This document shows positions 28,358-38,870 of a stretch of DNA of 64,000 nucleotides, in pieces. Every line of letters begins with the position of its first letter. Position 1 is the first letter of the stretch. This DNA is from a virus. Both the position numbers and the translations under genes were made by a program. The DNA is taken from IMG/VR virus record IMGVR_UViG_2889676293_000002, positions 16 to 64,015 of that record, one strand, 5' to 3'. Below the pieces are notes generated by a model that had not been told where the DNA came from, searched no databases, and was given only the letters and a program-made list of their open reading frames with translations.

Positions 28358-30615
28358 TATTGGAAATCGCTGTTAAAGTCGTCGTTAAAATCAGATATGA
28401 TCACTGTCTCGGGTACGTCTAGTAGTACGGCTTCCGGTTCGCTGTAGGCTGTCGTTGCCGAGGTCGTCAGCAGCGCACTGGCGATCGTGGCAATGGCAAC
28501 GCGATTAACCCCCGGCTCAAACCGCACATTGCGCAGCCGGTTGGTCGTCTGTGGCCAGAGCGTATACAGCGCCGTTTCGCCACTAGCCCGATCAATACGC
28601 AGCGTTAGCGGATCGGCACCTGTTACGATGCGCAGTTGATACTCTCCGGCCGGAAACTGCAAGCCTTCCCGTAGTTCTCCCTCAAAGGAATACCCCTTGA
28701 CCCACAGCGACAGACCATTCGCGCCGATTAGCCATGATATACTAGCGTAATTGGTTGATGCTGAGATAGAAGTCCCTGCCCACAACGCGCGCGTTTCAGC
28801 CTGCCGGGTAGCCAGTAGCGTGCAACGCCCCTGCCCCCGGTAGTTGGGTGGCGTCCCGTCCGTAGTGCTGTACTCGCCTTGCTGTTGCCAGTCGGCGCCG
28901 TCGATGGTGATGGTGTCGGATTTCAAGAGCGCCCACATGGCCCGGTGAAACTGAGCCGACTGCGAGGCCGTGGTCAGTACGCTGCTTTTCCTGCCCGTTG
29001 CCCGGTTGCGCCGCTGAAGGCCCGAGAGATCCACGTAGCTCGTTTCACTCTGTTGCAGCCGATCGACCGACAGACAAACGGGCAGTCGAAGCTGACACGT
29101 CAGGTTGTCTTCGGCTTCGGATGTCGACCAGCGCACCAGGGAAGTGTCTGATTGAAGCACGTACGCATTGCCCACCGACAGCCGCACCGATGAGCGCACC
29201 GACCCGCAGGCCAGTTTGTAGGTGCCTGTTGTCCCCATTGGAATAACCAGTTCCGCAATCCAGGGCCCGCCGAGGGGCCGCTCTTTCTGGGTAAGAGCAA
29301 TGGGTGCTACGTGGTCGGGGCCCCGGTAGGCATTGCCCCGAAACGAGCGGGCAAAGACAACGCCGCCCGTCGCCACCTCAACGGTGAAGCTGCTACCCGA
29401 ACGGCCCAGCGCCTTGGCCACGATCGTTGCGGTGTCGCCGGCCTGCGCTGTGTAGCTACTGACTACTCCGGCAATGCTGAGCTCGTAGCGGTTGCCCGTC
29501 ACTATGTCGCTGCCTACAAACCCGGTGTAGCGGTCCAGCGTCCGGGCTGGCAGTGGTGTCAGGGCCGTAAGGGTGAGACTCGGCTGGTTGGTGTTGGTCG
29601 CCGTCTGGTAGCCCACGTCCGTCAGGGCGACCGGCGTCAGGCCAGCCGTTACCGACAGCACCCCACCCGATACCAGGGCCGTCGCGATGCTCGACACGGT
29701 CGAACTGCTGGTAGCAACTGTGATGCGATCGGCTGAACCCGGTACCTGAATCTGGTAGACGTTGCCCGCTACGATGTCGCTGCCCACAACAACCAGGTAC
29801 GTATCATTTCCACCCGACGTACCCGAATATTGCAGGGCCAAAGTCGGGTTGTTGCTGCCCACGATCCGGCCCGTTCCCGCCTCAGCCGTTGCCGTTGGGT
29901 ACGTTGCCGTTGAGCGGGAAATCGGTACGGACTCGTCGAGAGACAAGCCAAGTCCCGTCCGCACGTTGGCAACGGTATCGCCTGCCTGCGCCGTATAACT
30001 GACGCCATCGAGGCGAAACACATTGCCCGCCTCGATCGATGCGCCAATACTGACCCGATAAGGCCACGATGCTGCGTAGCTGATGGGTGTGGACTTAGTC
30101 ACCCGCAAAACAGGTACGTTGCTGTTGGGCGTAATGACTTTACCCAGCCCGACGGTTACAGTTTGCCCCGTCAGGTTGATGCGCTCCCCGTCGTAGATAC
30201 GCAGGTAGATTACGTACCCACTGCGATACACATCAACGGCAATAAAGGGCTGATTAGCCAGGTGCCGGGTAATGGCCCGCGTGTAGGCCAGCCGATCGGC
30301 GTAGCCGCTGACATCAGGATAAAACGTGGTCGTGATGGGTTGGCCGTCTACTTCGAGGGCAAACTGTCGGTAATTGGTTGGCACACTGCCCACCGCTAAC
30401 ACCAGATCGGTGTAGGATTCACCACGTGGTCGCCGCAGGGTACCGACACTCGTTTCAACGCCGGCCGAACTGATCAGCTTGAGCGAGTCACCGGGTTTAA
30501 TGCCTGGGCAGGGAGCAACCAGCCAGCGCAGCCGATCACCGGGCGCGATCAGGAGCGTATCGGTCACGGTGGCGTCACCGCAAAAAGGAATAAAGACAAA
30601 TTCGTTATCAGTCAT
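28357..30615 (-). CDS. Tail structural protein
   Basis: 752 aa, repeated YTAQAGDT / GNVYQI modules; downstream of TMP. Confidence 0.6.
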   Translation of the reverse strand: MTDNEFVFIPFCGDATVTDTLLIAPGDRLRWLVAPCPGIKPGDSLKLISSAGVETSVGTLRRPRGESYTDLVLAVGSVPTNYRQFALEVDGQPITTTFYPDVSGYADRLAYTRAITRHLANQPFIAVDVYRSGYVIYLRIYDGERINLTGQTVTVGLGKVITPNSNVPVLRVTKSTPISYAASWPYRVSIGASIEAGNVFRLDGVSYTAQAGDTVANVRTGLGLSLDESVPISRSTATYPTATAEAGTGRIVGSNNPTLALQYSGTSGGNDTYLVVVGSDIVAGNVYQIQVPGSADRITVATSSSTVSSIATALVSGGVLSVTAGLTPVALTDVGYQTATNTNQPSLTLTALTPLPARTLDRYTGFVGSDIVTGNRYELSIAGVVSSYTAQAGDTATIVAKALGRSGSSFTVEVATGGVVFARSFRGNAYRGPDHVAPIALTQKERPLGGPWIAELVIPMGTTGTYKLACGSVRSSVRLSVGNAYVLQSDTSLVRWSTSEAEDNLTCQLRLPVCLSVDRLQQSETSYVDLSGLQRRNRATGRKSSVLTTASQSAQFHRAMWALLKSDTITIDGADWQQQGEYSTTDGTPPNYRGQGRCTLLATRQAETRALWAGTSISASTNYASISWLIGANGLSLWVKGYSFEGELREGLQFPAGEYQLRIVTGADPLTLRIDRASGETALYTLWPQTTNRLRNVRFEPGVNRVAIATIASALLTTSATTAYSEPEAVLLDVPETVIISDFNDDFNSDFQ

Positions 30616-32201
30616 CGAACGAGTAGTGAAACGGTTAGCATGGAATCAAGCAGATTGTATTGCGCATCGAGCAGTAGCCCGTAGGTCGTCAGGCTGTCCG
30701 GGCCGTCGTAGCCGATCTCTTCACCCAGATTCAGGTACGTTGGCTGGTCGGTACGAATCTGAAGCGTGTGCAACTCGGGCAACGTGTCGTAATCCCACCA
30801 TTCAGCCCACTGATAGTACAGGCATTCGGCATCCAGAAAATCATTGTCAACGGTCAGGTAAAAGACTTCCCCCGTTTTGTCGGCGTTGGCCGATAACTGC
30901 CCCCTTCGTGCCTGTTCAATCCGATCGGGATCGGTTACCCACGTGGGCTTTAAGACCAATTCGTTTTTGGACAGCGTGGCCACTGTCGGGTAGGTCCGTT
31001 TCCGGAAAGAGTCGGTCAGCCGCTGCGCCGTATCGCCAGGTACGTCATAGCCTGCCGTAACGGCTCCGAATACGAAGTCAGTGGCGCGTTTAATCGCCAG
31101 CGAGGCAATCTGATCGTAGGCGAATGGCACCTGCGGTAACTCCGAGCCAGCACGTGATTCGATCGACAATGCCCCGCCTGCCGTCAGTCCCGTTTTCAGG
31201 TAATGCAGCGTGGTCAGGTTGCCCAGCAGGTCAGCCAGGCTCAGCGAGATCGTTGCTGATTTGCCCGCCAGTCCGGTAGCCGTCGACAGCATTCCAGAAC
31301 CATACGTATCGAGCCAGTCCGACGAAAGAGCCAGATCAGTCAAACCCATCGCGTCAAGTAATACCCGAACGGCTGTATCAAGCCGTATGCCATACACTTG
31401 GCTCGATGTCGTTGGCGGTAGCTGGGTAAGTGTCAGGTACGTTGCTCCGTCGTAGGCAATCGTCTGTGTGCCGCCCGTCGTGACGGTTAAGACCAGCGAA
31501 CTATTGGCCGCAACGGTCACCGCTTTGTTGATCAGCCCGGTAATTACTCCGGCCGAGGGTGTCACCTGCAGGAGTGTCGTGCCATTGGTCGCAAGGGTGT
31601 AGCTGCTGACACTGCCCACCGTAACACTGGCCTGAATGCGACCCTGCATCAGCACCGTCACCGGTTCGGCCGTGGCGTTGGCCCAGACAGTAACCGGCAT
31701 TGAGGGGTCTGCCAAGCCCGCAAACGGTAGCCCACTGCCTGTGCTGCGCTGAACAACCGTACGAAGCGAAACCGTAGGCGTCAGTTCCAGCGTGAGCGGA
31801 TCGCCAATCGAGCGGCCCGACAATGAACTGCTTTGGTCAAGTGGCAACTCGTACTTAGTGGCTGATCGGGCCGCAATGAGGTCGGCAACGCTGTTATCAA
31901 TCAGACCGACGGCAATGCCTTCCCCAATACGGCTGTAGCTGTCGTAGTCGATGGCCGCTTCGTAATCCAGCCCATCGCCCCGAATCGCAAACGTGGTCGT
32001 CGGGTTGATCTGGCCGAACCCAGCCGCCAGGATGCGCACGGCCGTCGGGTCAGTGAACCGCAGCGAACCTAGTCCGGCGACAATGCCCAGATTCCGGTGA
32101 AAGAAGCCCCAATATTGCCGGTGGCGGGATTTGGTCAACGTGAGCGAGTCAACGCCGACTGGCGGGTCGATGCCCACCCCATTCAGTTCATAGCGAATCA
32201 T
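30612..32201 (-). CDS. Tail tip / distal tail protein (putative)
   Basis: Second gene after TMP. Confidence 0.55.
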   Translation of the reverse strand: MIRYELNGVGIDPPVGVDSLTLTKSRHRQYWGFFHRNLGIVAGLGSLRFTDPTAVRILAAGFGQINPTTTFAIRGDGLDYEAAIDYDSYSRIGEGIAVGLIDNSVADLIAARSATKYELPLDQSSSLSGRSIGDPLTLELTPTVSLRTVVQRSTGSGLPFAGLADPSMPVTVWANATAEPVTVLMQGRIQASVTVGSVSSYTLATNGTTLLQVTPSAGVITGLINKAVTVAANSSLVLTVTTGGTQTIAYDGATYLTLTQLPPTTSSQVYGIRLDTAVRVLLDAMGLTDLALSSDWLDTYGSGMLSTATGLAGKSATISLSLADLLGNLTTLHYLKTGLTAGGALSIESRAGSELPQVPFAYDQIASLAIKRATDFVFGAVTAGYDVPGDTAQRLTDSFRKRTYPTVATLSKNELVLKPTWVTDPDRIEQARRGQLSANADKTGEVFYLTVDNDFLDAECLYYQWAEWWDYDTLPELHTLQIRTDQPTYLNLGEEIGYDGPDSLTTYGLLLDAQYNLLDSMLTVSLLVR

Positions 32202-32466
32202 CAGGCGCAGGCTTTACAGGACGTGACGAGTTGATTTTGTAATACTGCCGGGCGTGTTTGACTTCCTGCCGGTGCTCGAGCATCAGGGCTTTCATATCGA
32301 CATCGAGTTGATTGCGCTCATTGCTGCCCATCTTATCCCGCTGCGCCCAGCGCATGAGTAGCTCATAGGTCATCTCTACCTTAGCCAGCGACATCACCAC
32401 GACGGGTTCGCCGACGAAATACTGAGTGCGCTGTTTGGGCAGTTTGCATTTTTGTGGTCTGGGCAT
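32188..32466 (-). CDS. Small basic hypothetical protein
   Basis: Packed between TMP and the tail-tip gene. Confidence 0.55.
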   Translation of the reverse strand: MPRPQKCKLPKQRTQYFVGEPVVVMSLAKVEMTYELLMRWAQRDKMGSNERNQLDVDMKALMLEHRQEVKHARQYYKINSSRPVKPAPDDSL

Positions 32467-32468
32467 GG

Positions 32469-35400
32469 CTACGAAAACTGGAGGCGGTTTGCGTGAATGG
32501 TTGATTTTGACTGTTGATCTATCAATGCCGTTGAAAATCCTGCACTGTCTAGTGTGAGACTTAGAAGGCTCTTTGTTTCAATTGCCTGCCGCAGCGCCTG
32601 CAACTCGCTGATCACGTCACCGCCCGCCATAGCTGAGCCAGACGCAACAGGCAAATTCATACGGACTGGCATCAACGTCGGTGTTGATACACGTGGCAGC
32701 ATCAGACGGCTCACCAGTTCGCTGTTTGACATTGGCCCGATCATCCGGTTTTGCTCAACGGTCAACACACGTTCCCCTTTGCTGAGCATAGCGGGCACCG
32801 TATCGACACCGTCCGGCCGATTGGGATCATCGACGTATTCGGTACCGGTGGCGAATGGGTTAGCCATGCCTTGTAATGCTCTGACCTGATCTTCAATCGC
32901 GATAATGGCGTTTTCTAAATCGTTGTTTTTGAATAGGCCACGCGAAGCCCTCATCTTTGCTGTTTCCGTCAACATCTGCACAATAAGCAATTGTCGTTCG
33001 GCATCGAATTCGCGCCGCTTTAACTCACGAACAGAATCATTGTAGCCGATTTCAGCCGCCTTTTTCTGCTCAAGGATTTCCCGTTGTGTGTTAGCTAACT
33101 GGTTTTGCAGATCGGTGATTTTTCGGTTAAGCTCCTTTTGGGCATCTTCGAGCTTTTGGTCAGTAATCTTTTGGAGTGTGACCAATGCGTCTTTTACCTC
33201 TTGTTCCCGTTGCGCTTGAATAGCCCGTTGCGTTTCCTTCCAAGCATCAAATTCATCTTGCGATTTCCTCAACTCGGCTTTGTGGTCGGCTTCCAGTTTC
33301 TCAAGTTGGCGGGTTTCCTGCTCCTTAAGCAACTCGGCGTTGTCCTTCTCTTCCTTTTGAAGTTGCTTCGTTGCCAGCGATACACCTTTGGTCTTATCGA
33401 GTTTAGCCGCCTCAACCTCTTCATGTAGGGCTAATAATTGCCGTTCGTATTCTGCCGTAACCAATGCCCGTTCTTTCTCATCGGTCAACGTGGCTAATAT
33501 CCGGTCACGCGTTGCTGTGATGCGTTGCGTTTCCGATACTTCATAGCGGGCTAACGCTTCGTTACGCACACGATCAAGAATGGCAACCTCTTCTATGGCA
33601 TCAGCAATACTTTGTGCATTGAGTTTCGCCGATAGGTCATAAGTTGATTGAATCTGTTCACGTTGTGCCTCATATCGAGCGTTTGAGGCTTCTGTTTCAG
33701 CGTCGAATAACTCCTGATTAAGCTTTAGTTCATCAGCAAACCACGCTTTGATTTCATCCATCTCAGCGTTGAGTGCATCCCTACGGGCATCACGTTCCTT
33801 TTCGATCAGCGATTTTTTAGCGTCATAAGCATCTTTGGCCGCGTCTGTTTCGTCAGATAGTGTCTGTTTGGCCTTGTCGAGAATAGCGTCTAATGAGGCA
33901 ATCTTGGCATCGAACTCGTCTTTTAACTGCCGTTTACGTACCTCAATAGCCGCTAACTCTTGTTGTTGCTGACGAAGTGCTTGGTTAGCCTGGGCTTGAA
34001 TAATTGCCTCAATGCCTTTCTTAACATCGTCGGTCATTGCCGCCGCCGCCGCGCTCATATCCTGATAATAGCCCAACTGAGCATCGATACCATCACGCAT
34101 TTTTTGCATTTCGGTTTGCTCTCTGTAGTATTCTCGGATTTTGGCCAGCTTCTCGTTAATGGTGCCCGTAAACGAAGACATATCAGATTCATAGGAATCT
34201 TGAGCAGCCTGCTTATACCAGTCAAAGAAGTTTTTGTACGACTCCCTTATCCTGCCCATGCCATTTGCTATGGCTTCATACTGGGCTTTTACCGATGCGT
34301 TATAGGCATCAGCAATAGCAGATAGTACCTGATAAGCCATTCCCGCAAAGCCTACAACAGACTCGAATGACATAGCACTAACCTTTGACACTTCGGCCCC
34401 TGCGTTGCTGACATTGGCTTGCAGGTCAGCTAACTGACGAATACCTTTTGCTGATGTTTTGTCGCCTATTGCCTCAAATACGCTTAGGTTTGTCTGTGCC
34501 TGACTAAGTGCGTTTTGTGCCGATTCGAGCGACTTTCCGGAAAGCAGGTCTATGTTTTCCCAAACCATCTTCACGCCCCTCGCAAACATCCCACCTATGC
34601 CAGACGCTTGCGTGCCAATCTCCAGCAGCATTGATAGCGATTGCTTGTAAGATGCGTGTTCATCGGCTGTCGCTTGCTTAAATACCTGAGCCGACTCTTT
34701 ACGCGACTGTATGGCATCCTTCTCGGCATCTATCCGGTCTTTGGCGTTCTGCTTCCAGAGGTCAACCTCAACACTTGACTGGGCCGATATTGTAGAAATT
34801 GCCGTTAGTTCGGTATTGACAAATTCGCCCAATGCCGCCGAACGTACCTTGTAAGCGTCAAATGCCGCTTGGTCGCGTTTAGCCTGTGCCGCTACTTCAA
34901 TTGCTTGAATTTTTTCAGCCGCATCTTTTTCCAGTGCAACAAGTTGCGCACTAGTAATTTTCTTACTGACAACCCGCTTATTGACTGCTTCAATATCAAC
35001 TTTTTCCTGAGCGTCGATTGCTGCTATCTGTTGCTTAAGCGTATCCTCATAGCCCTTTTTTAGAATCAAGTCAATTTCAGCCGCCGATAACAACGTAACT
35101 GTTTTGACGCTTTCCGCTTTAGCCTTTACGATCTTAGGTATTTCAACGGCTTGCTTTTCCTCAATTGATTTGACGTTATCGGCGTGTCGTTTCTCTTCCG
35201 CTAGTAACTCCGCTTTATTTCCTTTTGCGGCTTCTACGGCCCCTTTATGGCGAGCCTCTTCAACTTCGGTAAGGGTCGTATTCCGGTCTTTGGTTGACGC
35301 AACCATAGCCAGATTTGTTGACTGCATTACCGTACCTACCTCCTTGATACCAGTTACAACTTCTTCCAGTGTAGTCGTAAAGCCGCCGGTTCCCTTGAAG

Positions 35401-37148
35401 CTTACAAGGTTTTTAAAGAACTCACCCGGCGCTGCATCCCACATTTGATCTGCCGCCTCTTTATTAGACTTGAGCAGTTCTAACAGTTTAGCCGAATCGC
35501 CTTTTACTTTGGCGTACACATCAGCCGACAGTGTACTTTGCGCCAAACTCATCAGCTTATCTTCCTGAGCAAAAAGGTCCTGAAGTTGATTATTTGCCTT
35601 GTCAGTTTGGTACGCCAGACGTGCTAATTCAATACGACGTTCGTAGCTGACATTGACCTTATCCAGAATTCCTTTTAGTGTGGCGTTGTTGGTTGTTTCG
35701 GCATCCAGTCCGGCGAAGTAATCAGGGTACCTACTAATCAATAGTGACAAAAGGTCTTTACGCCGTTCGTTACCATCGTTGAGATTGAGAACTTGGTTTG
35801 CCAGTAGGTTAACGTTGGCCTGTTCGATTTGAAGCTTTTCGCCCGTATCGTCCATATTGTCGTTGACCTGGGTAGTTATAGCGTCATAGCCTTGCCACGC
35901 TGCAACCAGTAGCGATACCCCGGTAAGTAAAGCCCCAATCGGGTTAGCCGCCATTACTGCCCATAGCCCGCGAAGTGTAACGGTACTAGCCCCCGCCGCC
36001 GCGGTAGCTTCTACATTGGTCAGTGTAAGTATGCGTTGCGATAAGGTCATGTCATTAGCCCGACCTGCCGCAATCAATGCTTGAGCATTGTAGAGGGATA
36101 AGGCTAATCTACCCGCTACCCAAGCTGCGGTAGCTGAGGTAATGGTTGAGATAGTCCGTGAGATTGCCGAATTGGACCCCGCTACAACCTCGATAAAGTC
36201 AGCCGTTAGCCCGATCCCCTTTGCTATTCCATTTTCCAGATAGTCGCCAATTCGCGCCTTAGCTAGAAAAAAGGTATCAGAGAGGTTCGATATTTGCCCG
36301 CCTAGAGTTTTGCTCTGTAGGGCCATTAATTGGTAATATTTACCCCCAGCCTCGGACGAATCAAGCAACGCCTTTCGTACCATATCGAAACTGATTTGGT
36401 GTGCATCGGCCATTTTCTGAACCTCATCACGCGTTTTGCCGTAGGCATCAGCAATAAGCGATATAAGCGGAATTCCTGCCTCATTGAATTGCCTTAATTC
36501 AGTGAGCATAAGCCGCCCGTTGGTCGCTACCTGACCATATGCCAATGTTAGCTGAGGTAACTTTTCCTTGCCAACCGCCGCCGCCATATTGCCCAAAGCG
36601 GTCATGGTCGGTATTAGGTCGGCAGTAGCAATGTTGTAGGCTTTTAGCTTTACAACACCTTCGGCAACCTCGTCTATGGTGAATGGGGTCGATTTGGCGA
36701 GGCGAATTACATCATCCATCAACTCCATTGACTGCCGCTTACTGCCCAGCATCACATCAAGACTGATCTTTAGGCTATCTATCTTGGTTTTAGCGTCAAT
36801 AATGTCAGATGCAAACGAATTTATTTCGTTGAGCGTAAAGGCCGCAACCAGCATTTTCTGAAAGGAATTGACCCGATCTTCTAGCCCCTTAAATTCATTA
36901 GTAGCTTGCTGTGTATTCTTCGTTGTTTCTGACCCTGCTTTTTTGAGGGAGGTCGTTTGTTCGTCAATGGCTGAATTGACGTTTTTAATCGCCGTGGCTT
37001 GGAGTAGATGCCCGCGAAGGTTAGCGTCGGATGCTGCTGCCGCCTGTTGTTGACTTAACTTGGTAAGCCGAATTATTTCTTCTAGTTGCTCGCTGATAGT
37101 GCTGAGGTTACTCACCGCCTGGACAACTACCCTGATAGGTTCTGACAC
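32469..37148 (-). CDS. Tape measure protein (full length)
   Basis: 1559 aa; tape-measure domain LAKSTPFTIDEVAEG...LTLAYGQVATNGRLMLTELRQFNEAGIP; long coiled coil; C-terminal DTVPAMLSKGERVLT. Confidence 0.92.
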   Translation of the reverse strand: MSEPIRVVVQAVSNLSTISEQLEEIIRLTKLSQQQAAAASDANLRGHLLQATAIKNVNSAIDEQTTSLKKAGSETTKNTQQATNEFKGLEDRVNSFQKMLVAAFTLNEINSFASDIIDAKTKIDSLKISLDVMLGSKRQSMELMDDVIRLAKSTPFTIDEVAEGVVKLKAYNIATADLIPTMTALGNMAAAVGKEKLPQLTLAYGQVATNGRLMLTELRQFNEAGIPLISLIADAYGKTRDEVQKMADAHQISFDMVRKALLDSSEAGGKYYQLMALQSKTLGGQISNLSDTFFLAKARIGDYLENGIAKGIGLTADFIEVVAGSNSAISRTISTITSATAAWVAGRLALSLYNAQALIAAGRANDMTLSQRILTLTNVEATAAAGASTVTLRGLWAVMAANPIGALLTGVSLLVAAWQGYDAITTQVNDNMDDTGEKLQIEQANVNLLANQVLNLNDGNERRKDLLSLLISRYPDYFAGLDAETTNNATLKGILDKVNVSYERRIELARLAYQTDKANNQLQDLFAQEDKLMSLAQSTLSADVYAKVKGDSAKLLELLKSNKEAADQMWDAAPGEFFKNLVSFKGTGGFTTTLEEVVTGIKEVGTVMQSTNLAMVASTKDRNTTLTEVEEARHKGAVEAAKGNKAELLAEEKRHADNVKSIEEKQAVEIPKIVKAKAESVKTVTLLSAAEIDLILKKGYEDTLKQQIAAIDAQEKVDIEAVNKRVVSKKITSAQLVALEKDAAEKIQAIEVAAQAKRDQAAFDAYKVRSAALGEFVNTELTAISTISAQSSVEVDLWKQNAKDRIDAEKDAIQSRKESAQVFKQATADEHASYKQSLSMLLEIGTQASGIGGMFARGVKMVWENIDLLSGKSLESAQNALSQAQTNLSVFEAIGDKTSAKGIRQLADLQANVSNAGAEVSKVSAMSFESVVGFAGMAYQVLSAIADAYNASVKAQYEAIANGMGRIRESYKNFFDWYKQAAQDSYESDMSSFTGTINEKLAKIREYYREQTEMQKMRDGIDAQLGYYQDMSAAAAAMTDDVKKGIEAIIQAQANQALRQQQQELAAIEVRKRQLKDEFDAKIASLDAILDKAKQTLSDETDAAKDAYDAKKSLIEKERDARRDALNAEMDEIKAWFADELKLNQELFDAETEASNARYEAQREQIQSTYDLSAKLNAQSIADAIEEVAILDRVRNEALARYEVSETQRITATRDRILATLTDEKERALVTAEYERQLLALHEEVEAAKLDKTKGVSLATKQLQKEEKDNAELLKEQETRQLEKLEADHKAELRKSQDEFDAWKETQRAIQAQREQEVKDALVTLQKITDQKLEDAQKELNRKITDLQNQLANTQREILEQKKAAEIGYNDSVRELKRREFDAERQLLIVQMLTETAKMRASRGLFKNNDLENAIIAIEDQVRALQGMANPFATGTEYVDDPNRPDGVDTVPAMLSKGERVLTVEQNRMIGPMSNSELVSRLMLPRVSTPTLMPVRMNLPVASGSAMAGGDVISELQALRQAIETKSLLSLTLDSAGFSTALIDQQSKSTIHANRLQFS

Positions 37149-37274
37149 GTTTTTCTATAGTTCCACGCTTTAGGTTTGGTCTGTTACCTATGTGGCAACG
37201 CTAACCCGGTACACGATTTGCCAGTGCGGGGAGCAACGGCCAGTAAGTGAATGGTGATTAGCTGTAAAAATACA

Positions 37275-37331
37275 TTGACAAGTATTTATTGTAATGCTAA
37301 ATAATCGATAATTATAGTAAATATCTGTCAA
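37275..37331. promoter_or_regulatory. Inverted pair of the operator-like motif upstream of TMP
   Basis: TTGACAAGTATTTA 37275-37288 and TAAATATCTGTCAA 37318-37331. Confidence 0.65.
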
Positions 37332-37343
37332 TGTCTAGGCCAT

Positions 37344-37375
37344 AAAAAAGCCGCCCGATTGCTCAGGCGGCTTTT
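37344..37375 (-). terminator. Terminator after the toxin gene
   Basis: On the minus strand GCCGCCTGA-GCAA-TCGGGCGGC followed by TTTTTT. Confidence 0.75.
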
Positions 37376-37392
37376 CCGTTAATGTCTAAATG

Positions 37393-37848
37393 TTATACTG
37401 TAATCTCTAACTCTTCCGAAGGGTCGATTTTAGCTAGCTTCTTATCCAGATCATGCTCAATCAACGCCCCACTCTCATGCTCCTCTACGTACTCTTCGAG
37501 TAACATCTCCTTACCACCTTCGACTAAGTTGTCACTTCGCTGCGACCCCGCTTTCGGATAAACATCTAAAAATGTAATTTCCTGCCGTTCTTTATTGATA
37601 AACGAAATCACCCGGAAACCACCACTCTTATTCTTACCGTTACTCTTACAGGGAAACCTCACCTTGATTACCAAACTGTTACTTCCAAAGGTTTCCAAAA
37701 TAGAATTATTGGATACAATCAAGTCTTCAATGTTCTTCCCCACAAGTTCACCACATATATCAGAAGGGCAAGAGCTATATCCATCTTTGGGGCGTTTGCA
37801 AAGGCGCTTCAAAGATGCCCGAAATCTGGAGGTGGAAAAGGCGCGCAA
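37393..37848 (-). CDS. RelE/HigB-like toxin
   Basis: FRASLKRL...VIKVR...NKSGGFRVISF...ITFLDVYPK. Confidence 0.75.
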   Translation of the reverse strand: MRAFSTSRFRASLKRLCKRPKDGYSSCPSDICGELVGKNIEDLIVSNNSILETFGSNSLVIKVRFPCKSNGKNKSGGFRVISFINKERQEITFLDVYPKAGSQRSDNLVEGGKEMLLEEYVEEHESGALIEHDLDKKLAKIDPSEELEITV

Positions 37849-37850
37849 CC

Positions 37851-38297
37851 TTACAAACGGCTAAGGATTGAACGTAGTTTTTCGTTGCTCTTGGCGGCAA
37901 CATGGGCTGTCTCAATATCCTGTATTGCCTCCTTCAAATGGTCAATCTCCATCTTATAGGTATTGATTGCGCTTTGAATAGCCTCAGCAAATGAGGTACG
38001 CTGGAATTTAGCAACGCTTTTATCGCAATCATTATGAAATTCTTTTAGCCTGGGCAGAAGGGCTAATAATTCTTCAACGGCAGCCTTAGATGTGCCAAGG
38101 GCGATACCGTTAGAAATATCAATAATATCCTCAACAATGGTATTGATCCCATTGATGATTATATCCAAAACGGCCTTAAAGGCAAGAGCGCGATCGAGGT
38201 GGTCATCAGACCACCGCTCAAGTGTAACAACATCCTCAGAGGTAGATTGTGTATACACGGCCACCTCATTGATTTTAGCATCAGAAACTGCGAGCAT
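37851..38297 (-). CDS. Putative antitoxin (helical, family not recognised)
   Basis: Stop lies 2 bp before the toxin start; acidic helical protein. Confidence 0.55.
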   Translation of the reverse strand: MLAVSDAKINEVAVYTQSTSEDVVTLERWSDDHLDRALAFKAVLDIIINGINTIVEDIIDISNGIALGTSKAAVEELLALLPRLKEFHNDCDKSVAKFQRTSFAEAIQSAINTYKMEIDHLKEAIQDIETAHVAAKSNEKLRSILSRL

Positions 38298-38376
38298 GAT
38301 AGGGGTGCCTATATTTTTTAAATAATAGTAATACGATAACGAATACCTGAATAGGTAATTGTCGTTTGTTGTCGCT

Positions 38377-38814
38377 CTACTTGACTAGGCTAGCGCAACG
38401 TTCACGTAACGCTTGCTTATCGACCTGTATTTGCTTATAAATAGGACTATTCAAAGCCGAGGTCGCTATTGTGCGCTTAGTGGTTTTCATAGCTGTGTCC
38501 GTAGTTGTGCGACTTGTTGTGTGGGCTACAGAATGGCTTACTGAACGGTTTACAGAATGAATAACTGTATGACCTACTTCATGACTTTCTGTACGCTTCC
38601 CGTACAATAGTACAAAATTAGTACCACTAATGTTCATACTGCTAATTCTGGTGCTACTAATTTTAGAACTACTAATATTCGTACTGCTAGTTCTAGTACT
38701 ACCAATTCCAGTGCCACTAATCCTAACACTGCTAACTCTAATGCTGCCAGAGGTAAATACGGTTATTCTAGAACTGATAGTTTCGGAAAGGCTACAGTTC
38801 AGCAGGCTTATCAC
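38377..38814 (-). CDS. Low-complexity Ser/Thr/Ile repeat protein (doubtful)
   Basis: 145 open codons; pentapeptide SS(T/V/M)(R/N)I then tetrapeptide H(S/T)V repeats. Confidence 0.35.
   Translation of the reverse strand: MISLLNCSLSETISSRITVFTSGSIRVSSVRISGTGIGSTRTSSTNISSSKISSTRISSMNISGTNFVLLYGKRTESHEVGHTVIHSVNRSVSHSVAHTTSRTTTDTAMKTTKRTIATSALNSPIYKQIQVDKQALRERCASLVK
38522..38745. repeat. Degenerate 12-bp and 15-bp tandem repeats
   Basis: Six 12-mers at 38522-38593 (e.g. TGGCTTACTGAA) and eight 15-mers at 38626-38745 (e.g. ACTAATATTCGTACT). Confidence 0.8.
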
Positions 38815-38870
38815 CGGGCTGCACAGAGGAAGACAGGTTTAAAAAAATGGGGGTTTGGGGGAGGGGGTTG
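38803..38870 (-). repeat. ~64-bp dispersed element, copy A (inverted)
   Basis: Reverse complement contains CCCCAAACCCCCATTTTTTT-AACCTGTCTTCCTCTGTGCAGCCCGGTGATAA; 30/36 identical to the core of copy B. Confidence 0.75.

Noticed and set aside
23792-30615. Diversity-generating retroelement or shufflon acting on tail fibres
   Set aside because: No reverse transcriptase, no invertase, and no template/variable repeat pair seen.
38522-38745. Possible CRISPR array
   Set aside because: Units are 12 and 15 bp, degenerate and contiguous, with no unique spacers and no cas genes.
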